A stretch of 64,000 nt of DNA from NCBI GenBank assembly GCA_035703635.1, contig DASSXV010000065.1, positions 1 to 64,000 on the forward strand. The letters are read 5' to 3'. A program made the translations under genes and the position numbers. Of this stretch, positions 58,261 to 64,000 are shown piece after piece (the first letter of the stretch is position 1; every line of letters begins with the position of its first letter). The DNA comes from Trueperaceae bacterium. GTDB lineage: Bacteria; Deinococcota; Deinococci; Deinococcales; Trueperaceae. The notes below the pieces were generated by a model, which saw nothing but the letters and a program-made list of their open reading frames with translations, was not told the DNA's origin and did no database searches.

Positions 58261-60671
58261 GGCGGCCCGAAGATCTGGATGGTGACGGACTTGGTCCCGA
58301 TGGGGCTGCCGTCTGCGGTCCGCGCGGTGAGACCGAAGCTGTAACTGTGGGTCGAGCAGAAACCGGGAACGGTCGTCGCGGTGCCGGAACCCGTGCCCAG
58401 GTCGGCGCCGCCTGGACCGGACCAGTAGAGCCGGTCGCTCGGCACCGGGGTGCCGTCGGTGTAGGTAGCGTGGCCGACCAGGTTGACGGTCACCGGACCG
58501 AACGTCGATATCGCTATGCCGGTGCCATTAGTCGGGTAGTCGATGACGACTTCGCCGTTGACGCGCACCGGGTCGATGACCTTGATCGTCGCGCTGGCGC
58601 TGGCCGTAGCGCCGTACTCGCCCGTGCCGGTGAGGGTGACGGTGTGGTTGCCGGTGGTGCCGAACGCCCGCATCAAGGACCTGCCGGTGCCAAGCGCGGC
58701 GCCACTCTCCGTCCAACTCAGCCGCCCAGCAGGCACCACGCCGTCGGGTTGGGCGTAGACGTCATAACTGCTGCTCTGCAAGGTGATGGGCACGTCCCTG
58801 AGGGTCACGAAGCCCACTCGCTCGCCGTCGACCAGAATCGAAGGCTGCGGGACCTCGACCGTTATCCCACCAACTGGGTTGGGCCCAAGCCGGAACGACA
58901 CGTGCTTCACGTCCTGGACGACGCCGCCCTGACTCAAGTTGATCTCGAGGCGCCCGGTCGTCGGGGCGGTGATTGCGCCAACCGCCGTAGCCAAGTTGCC
59001 GAAGTCGAGGTCGACCTCCGCCCTGGAGTATGGCGTCATGGTCACGGTATCCGTGCGCTCGAGCTTGAAAGTATCGTTCAGGTAGAACCGCGCCACGACG
59101 TCGTAAACGTAGAGGTTCTCCGTGATGTTGACGACGTTGAAGCGCGCCTGCAACTGACTTGAGCGCGGCAGTACCCGCCCGAACTCGTTGTCAAGCGGCC
59201 ACGTCGTCGGGTTGGTCTGGTCGACGAAGTAGTAGCCGTTGCGGTACGGGTTGCCGTCCCAGGCCCAGTCGGCGATGAGGGAGCCGCTCGGGTTCGTGAA
59301 GCGGACGGTGCGGAAGGTGTCCTCGGCCGTGCGCGGCCCCAACTCCAATGACCCGCGCCGCGCGTTCTCCGGCCGGGGATCGGCCAGCACCAGCATCGTG
59401 CCTAGCTCCGTGGCCGTCGTATCAAGTTCGTTCTGGGTCTTGAACTGATCCCAAGTCATGGCTGGGTGCGTGCCGTTCCAGCGCGCGTTGCTGTCGTTGA
59501 TGAAGATGCCATCTGCGCTCAGGCCCGTGATGACGAACGCGTGGGCGATCTTGTCCGAGGTCGTGAGCACCGGGCGCATGGGGCCAAGCCCGAAGACGCC
59601 GGTGGTCGCGAGCACGATGTAGCTGGTGAAGGGGGCGCTCGGGATGAGGTCGGCGTCCCACACTAGCCAAGTGTAGAGTTCAGTTGGCACGTTGACGGCC
59701 TGCAGGAACGACACCGGCCACGAACCGCTGCTGGAGTCCTGGCCGAGCAACCCTGCCAGCCCGTAGTTGCTGACCAACCCGCCCGGTGCTACCGGCGTAC
59801 CGGCGAAGCCAGGTAGCGGCTGGAAGTAGTTGAGGTACATGGACGTGGAGGTAGGGCTGCACCACGGCAGGCCCGCCTGCCAGTAGAAAGGCACCTGTAA
59901 GGAGACGTTGCCTCTACCTTCGGCCGCTGGCGCGAGCGCCAGCGGAGCCGGGGCGTTGGCTATGGCCTGCACCGCGTAGGTGGCGGCGCGCGTCATGTCC
60001 ACGGCGGCGCTACCGCCCGCCACGGCCGCGGAGTGGACCCTCACCCCTGGCATCTCGTCACCGGTCGTCGTTGCTCCGCTTTCGGTCACCACATACAGCT
60101 GGTCAGCGCCTTCGGTGAACGGCAGGGTGAGGCTCGCCGGGGCGCCGAGCAGGGCTCCACCGAGGTCGACGCCGACCCGTGGGCCGGCGGGCTTCAAGGG
60201 GTTCTCGTCCTGTGCGGTAGGTGCGTCGCTCACGACCAGCGTCACCAAGGTGTCTTGGTTCAACGCGCCAGCGGGGATGTCGAGAGTGGCGCCAGCCAGT
60301 GCGAGGGTGCCACCCTGCGCTGCCCGGATGGTCCCCGAGGTGGTCGTGCCGGTCATGTCCACCGTTACGGTAGTGGTCGCCTTGCTGCTGCCCGAGCTGC
60401 CGGTAGCCGTCAGGGTGTAACTGGTCGTCACTATCGGCGCAACTAGCTGGCTCGTCTTGCCGCTAACGTCGATGCCGCCGGGATCGAGCTTAAGGCTGCT
60501 AGCACCAGTGACAGACCAGGACAAGGTGCTCTCGGAGCCGCTAGCTATGGTCGCTGGGTTGGCGGCAAAAGCGCTGATGACCGGGCCGGAGCCGCTTGGG
60601 GGGCCACCACACGCCGCCACCAAGACCACCACGAGCCCAGCCACGAGCGCGAACAACCACCGGTGCTTCAT
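58254..60671 (-). CDS. Large lipoprotein with Ig-like, ZU5-like and C39-like papain-fold peptidase domains
   Basis: Lipobox VAAC; LDIPAGAL; LQVPFYWQ...WCSPTS, HAFVITG, FINDS. Confidence 0.7.
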   Translation of the reverse strand: MKHRWLFALVAGLVVVLVAACGGPPSGSGPVISAFAANPATIASGSESTLSWSVTGASSLKLDPGGIDVSGKTSQLVAPIVTTSYTLTATGSSGSSKATTTVTVDMTGTTTSGTIRAAQGGTLALAGATLDIPAGALNQDTLVTLVVSDAPTAQDENPLKPAGPRVGVDLGGALLGAPASLTLPFTEGADQLYVVTESGATTTGDEMPGVRVHSAAVAGGSAAVDMTRAATYAVQAIANAPAPLALAPAAEGRGNVSLQVPFYWQAGLPWCSPTSTSMYLNYFQPLPGFAGTPVAPGGLVSNYGLAGLLGQDSSSGSWPVSFLQAVNVPTELYTWLVWDADLIPSAPFTSYIVLATTGVFGLGPMRPVLTTSDKIAHAFVITGLSADGIFINDSNARWNGTHPAMTWDQFKTQNELDTTATELGTMLVLADPRPENARRGSLELGPRTAEDTFRTVRFTNPSGSLIADWAWDGNPYRNGYYFVDQTNPTTWPLDNEFGRVLPRSSQLQARFNVVNITENLYVYDVVARFYLNDTFKLERTDTVTMTPYSRAEVDLDFGNLATAVGAITAPTTGRLEINLSQGGVVQDVKHVSFRLGPNPVGGITVEVPQPSILVDGERVGFVTLRDVPITLQSSSYDVYAQPDGVVPAGRLSWTESGAALGTGRSLMRAFGTTGNHTVTLTGTGEYGATASASATIKVIDPVRVNGEVVIDYPTNGTGIAISTFGPVTVNLVGHATYTDGTPVPSDRLYWSGPGGADLGTGSGTATTVPGFCSTHSYSFGLTARTADGSPIGTKSVTIQIFGPPC

Positions 60672-60936
60672 GATCTTCCCCTAACATCGGCGCTTCCGTG
60701 GGAGGAACCGAGCCGCAGGAGTAACTCCAGGGAGTCGGGAACCCAGCCCGTGAATTGGTGTCGCCACCATGAACGCGACTTAGTTCAGCCGTTGCGCAGG
60801 GACCCGGGGGACGAGAAGCGTCGGGAAGTGGCAGGAGGATGGGCCGAGCAAGGAGCGCTAGGTGGCGACTCCATCCGGTCGCTTGGCGGCACGATAGCCG
60901 GGGCGTCGTCTGGTGTCGGTGATGGGCGCGCCACGG

Positions 60937-61620
60937 CTACTCATCTAGCGGCACGAACGCCACGCTCAACCTGAAGCGCTGCTTGTCGGCCGGCAGCGCG
61001 CCGCTGTGCGCGCCCGCCGCGCCATCGGGCCGGTAGCGTTGCAGGAGCTCGTACAGCGTCAACTGAACTTCGCGGCTCTCCGCGTCGGTCAAGAGGAGGT
61101 CCGTCCAGTAGTCGATGCTGGCGGTGCGCTGCGGGTCGAGCCAGTCGACTTCCTCTCCCCCGCTCACCCCGCTCTGCACCCAGGTCTCGCCGTGCTCGTT
61201 ACGAAAGAGGTTCTGGCCGTAGAAGCCACCCGCCCGCAACCGGCGCGCCTGGACGCGCGTCCGCTCGCGCAGCTCGGGGAGCTGCTGCTGCCACACGCGC
61301 TCCTCCAGGTCGGCGAACGGCGTGGCCTCGTAAGGCACGAAGTAGGCGTCGTGCACGGAGCGGTAGATCTTGATGGGCCGTCCCTTGCGCTCCTCGCGGC
61401 GCACCACCTGCAGCAGGCCGGCCTTGCTCAGCACGCGGATGCGGTAGAGCATGGCGTTCAGGTCGACGCCGAGTTCGGCGGCGGCGGCGCTGGCGCTGAG
61501 TTCGCGAGCGAGGAACGGGCGGAACGCCTCCTGGAAGCGCGGTTCGCTTAGCAGCCGCGCCTGCTCCGGGTCGCTGACGGTGAAAGCCTCTCTCGGTCTA
61601 CCTGAATCCGGGCCTATCAT
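60937..61620 (-). CDS. Winged-helix (ArsR-like) regulator
   Basis: AAAELGV....LYRIRVL.KAGLL.V..EERKGRPIKIYRS. Confidence 0.75.
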   Translation of the reverse strand: MIGPDSGRPREAFTVSDPEQARLLSEPRFQEAFRPFLARELSASAAAAELGVDLNAMLYRIRVLSKAGLLQVVRREERKGRPIKIYRSVHDAYFVPYEATPFADLEERVWQQQLPELRERTRVQARRLRAGGFYGQNLFRNEHGETWVQSGVSGGEEVDWLDPQRTASIDYWTDLLLTDAESREVQLTLYELLQRYRPDGAAGAHSGALPADKQRFRLSVAFVPLDE

Positions 61621-61650
61621 TCACAGTAGGCTAACACCCACCATGCGCGC

Positions 61651-62955
61651 ATGGGATTACGCCCAACCTACTACCTCGTAAGTTCACTGAACTGGTTCGC
61701 CAACGTCGTGCCCATGGCCGTCATGGTGCTGCTGGCACAGTCGCGCGGCCTGAGCCTCGCGCAGGTCGGCTACTTCATCGGCATCTACTCGCTGACGGTG
61801 GTGGTGCTCGAGCTGCCGTCCGGGGCCATGGCGGACGCCCTCGGGCGCAAACGCATCTACCTGCTGGCCGGCGCGATAGGGATCGTCGCCAAGGCCGTGT
61901 TCCTGTTCGCCTTCGGGCTGCCCATGTTCCTCGCATACGGCGTGCTGTTCGGGGTGTCGCGCGCCTTCGCCTCCGGCGCCCTCGAGGCCTGGTTCATAGA
62001 CGCCCTCCAGGCCGAGAACCCTCACGTCGACCTGCAACCGCCGTTGGCTGCTGCCAACGCCTGGAACCTCGCCGCGTTGGCGGTCGGCACCCTGGCCGGC
62101 AGCGCACTGCCAACGCTGTTCGGCTATCTGCCGCAGAACGAGTTGGCGGTGTTCACGCCGCTCTCGATGACCCTGGTGGCGTCGCTCGCGGCTAGCTGCG
62201 TAGTGCTGGCGCTCACCGCCGTGGTCGTGAAGGAGGCGCCTAGAGCCCTCGCGCCGGAGCGCGCGCGTGACGGCGGCCCGCTCGCCAGCTTCGGCCGCGG
62301 CTTCCGGTCACTCGGCACCATCGTGGTTGGCGCCGCCAGGCTGACCAGCGCCAACCGCACCCTGCTCCTGCTGCTTGGCGTCGATCTGGTCGCTGGCATC
62401 GCGCTGATAGCGTCCGAGAACCTGTGGCAGCCGTTCTTCGCCCAGCGCCTGGGTGGCGCCACGCCCGACAACACCATCGTGTTCGGCGTCGTCCTCGCGG
62501 GCAGCTTCGCGATGGGCATGCTCGGCAACCTTGTCGCCACCCCACTCTCCCGGTTGCTCAAGAAGCGCTACGCGCTGGTGGCTGGGCTGTTTCAGCTTCT
62601 GCAGGGCGGCGCCTTCGTCCTCCTCGCAGCGCAAGGCGGAGTAGCGGCGGCAACGGGGCTGTTCTGGCTGACGTACGTCACGCGCTCGGCCGGGTCGTCG
62701 CCGCACGCCACCCTCTTCAACGAGCAGGTGCCAGGTTCGCACCGCTCCGTCATGCTCTCGGTGCAGTCTCTCGTGGGCTTTCTGGGCGCATTCGTCGGCA
62801 GCGTCGCGCTCGGGGCGCTCGCGGGCGCCACGTCGATCGCGCTGGCCTGGACGGTAAGCGGCGGGCTGCTGGCGCTGGGGGCGCTGCTCTACTTGCCTCT
62901 CACGCGCGCTGCTGGGCGGCCCGCGGCCGCGCTGGCAGGCCACGAACCGGGCTAG
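61651..62955 (+). CDS. MFS transporter
   Basis: ELPSGAMADALGRK, SGALEAW; about 12 TM helices. Confidence 0.88.
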   Translation: MGLRPTYYLVSSLNWFANVVPMAVMVLLAQSRGLSLAQVGYFIGIYSLTVVVLELPSGAMADALGRKRIYLLAGAIGIVAKAVFLFAFGLPMFLAYGVLFGVSRAFASGALEAWFIDALQAENPHVDLQPPLAAANAWNLAALAVGTLAGSALPTLFGYLPQNELAVFTPLSMTLVASLAASCVVLALTAVVVKEAPRALAPERARDGGPLASFGRGFRSLGTIVVGAARLTSANRTLLLLLGVDLVAGIALIASENLWQPFFAQRLGGATPDNTIVFGVVLAGSFAMGMLGNLVATPLSRLLKKRYALVAGLFQLLQGGAFVLLAAQGGVAAATGLFWLTYVTRSAGSSPHATLFNEQVPGSHRSVMLSVQSLVGFLGAFVGSVALGALAGATSIALAWTVSGGLLALGALLYLPLTRAAGRPAAALAGHEPG

Positions 62956-63299
62956 ACGCTTTCTGCGACCACCTCGTTCATGACGTCGAGCGCCAGGTTC
63001 GAGTGAGCGTAAGAGCCGCCCGCGCGCATCTCGGCGGCAACCCAGATAGCTTCCATGATCTCTTGTTGCGAGGCGCCGGCCTTCAACGCCGCCCGCGTGT
63101 GACCGCGGATGCAGTACGGGCACTGCGTCACGTGCGCGACGGCAACGGCGAGCAGTTGCTTGGTCTTGACGTCGAGCGCACCCGCCTTGAACACGGCCTT
63201 GCTGAACGCCGAGAAGGCGTCACCGATCTCGGGGGCTAGGTCGTGCCGCTGATGGCGTAACTCGCGGGTCGCGGCTGGGTACAACGGTTCGTCTGGCAT
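62952..63299 (-). CDS. Carboxymuconolactone decarboxylase/AhpD family protein
   Basis: GALD.KTKQL.AVAVAHVTQCPYCIRGH. Confidence 0.9.
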   Translation of the reverse strand: MPDEPLYPAATRELRHQRHDLAPEIGDAFSAFSKAVFKAGALDVKTKQLLAVAVAHVTQCPYCIRGHTRAALKAGASQQEIMEAIWVAAEMRAGGSYAHSNLALDVMNEVVAESV

Positions 63300-63423
63300 G
63301 GTCCTCACCACTCCTTGCAACGCATGCGGATCGCGGCCAGCTCAGCGTCCGGCCGCGTCTCCTCATGCTAGTGCCGACGTCAGCCAGCTCCAGCCCACAC
63401 ATGTACCAACGGCTGCCGCCGTC

Positions 63424-64000
63424 CTACTCGGCCGCTTTGAGGCGCTCGTCGGCCATGATCTCGGCCGCGGCGGCACTCGAGATGCCGCGCTCGTCCGCCA
63501 GCTTCAGCGCGCGAGCGACCTTGGCGCCGATCTGCGCCACTTGCGCGTACGCGCGGTCGTGATCGTAGCCGCCCGGCTTCAACTCGTCCGCCACGTTGAT
63601 GACGCCGCCGCCGTTGATGATGAAGTCGGGCGCGTAAACGATGCCCCGCGCCTGCAGCGCCTCACCGTGGCGCGCCTCCCCCAGCTGGTTGTTAGCGGAG
63701 CCGGCGATGACGCGCACCTTCAGCCGCGGCAAGGTGTCGTCGTTGACGACGGCTCCGAGGGCGCAGGGGGCGAAAACGTCGCAGTCGACGTCGTAGATGT
63801 CGCTGGCCGCGACCGCCGTTGCCCCGAACGCGCTGACGGCGTGGTCGATGCGCGCTTGAGATATGTCGGTGACTACGAGTTGTGCGCCGCCCTCGTGGAG
63901 GAACTCGCAGAGGTGCGTGCCTACGGCACCCAAGCCCTGCACGGCAACGCGCCGACCACGCACGTCGCCACTACCGAAAGCGTGCTCGAGCGCCGCTTTC
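63424..64000 (-). CDS. Leu/Phe/Val dehydrogenase, C-terminal part (truncated by the window edge)
   Basis: VQGLGAVG, APCALG, AGSANNQL, YAPDFIINGGGVIN. Confidence 0.9.
   Translation of the reverse strand, partial: KAALEHAFGSGDVRGRRVAVQGLGAVGTHLCEFLHEGGAQLVVTDISQARIDHAVSAFGATAVAASDIYDVDCDVFAPCALGAVVNDDTLPRLKVRVIAGSANNQLGEARHGEALQARGIVYAPDFIINGGGVINVADELKPGGYDHDRAYAQVAQIGAKVARALKLADERGISSAAAAEIMADERLKAAE

Noticed and set aside
60672-60936. Long intergenic region as a c-di-GMP or c-di-AMP riboswitch
   Set aside because: No conserved motif could be matched by eye; an Rfam scan would be needed

Overview
GC-rich bacterial chromosome segment, probably Deinococcota (Trueperaceae-like). This is inferred from the gene repertoire, many apparently leaderless TANNNT-N5-8-ATG promoters and an HspR/HAIR-like site. 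Most of it is ordinary metabolism and transport: an EAL protein, a YhaO/YhaN nuclease-ATPase pair, a TetR/FabH-like/acyl-CoA ligase/hydrolase/LIV-ABC operon, a sirtuin, tldD and pmbA separated by a GH18/GH3 amino-sugar cluster, a monosaccharide ABC transporter, an ArsR-SRPBCC-hydrolase operon, heme A synthase, an Lrp-Dpp-GGT cluster, Hsp20 and two large lipoproteins. The most notable part is an accessory island at about 43.3-49.8 kb. It carries a RelE-like/UvrD helicase fusion, a membrane-anchored DUF2726 protein and a coupled HCxxGxGRTG phosphatase + ADP-ribosylglycohydrolase pair. It also holds three decayed genes the ORF track misses or fragments: a second phosphatase copy, a DUF6508-like gene and an 18-aa-repeat microprotein. 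This looks like a partly eroded conflict / ADP-ribose or RNA-end-processing system. No rRNA, tRNA, CRISPR array or transposase was recognised. All family calls come from motif recognition by eye, not database searches.
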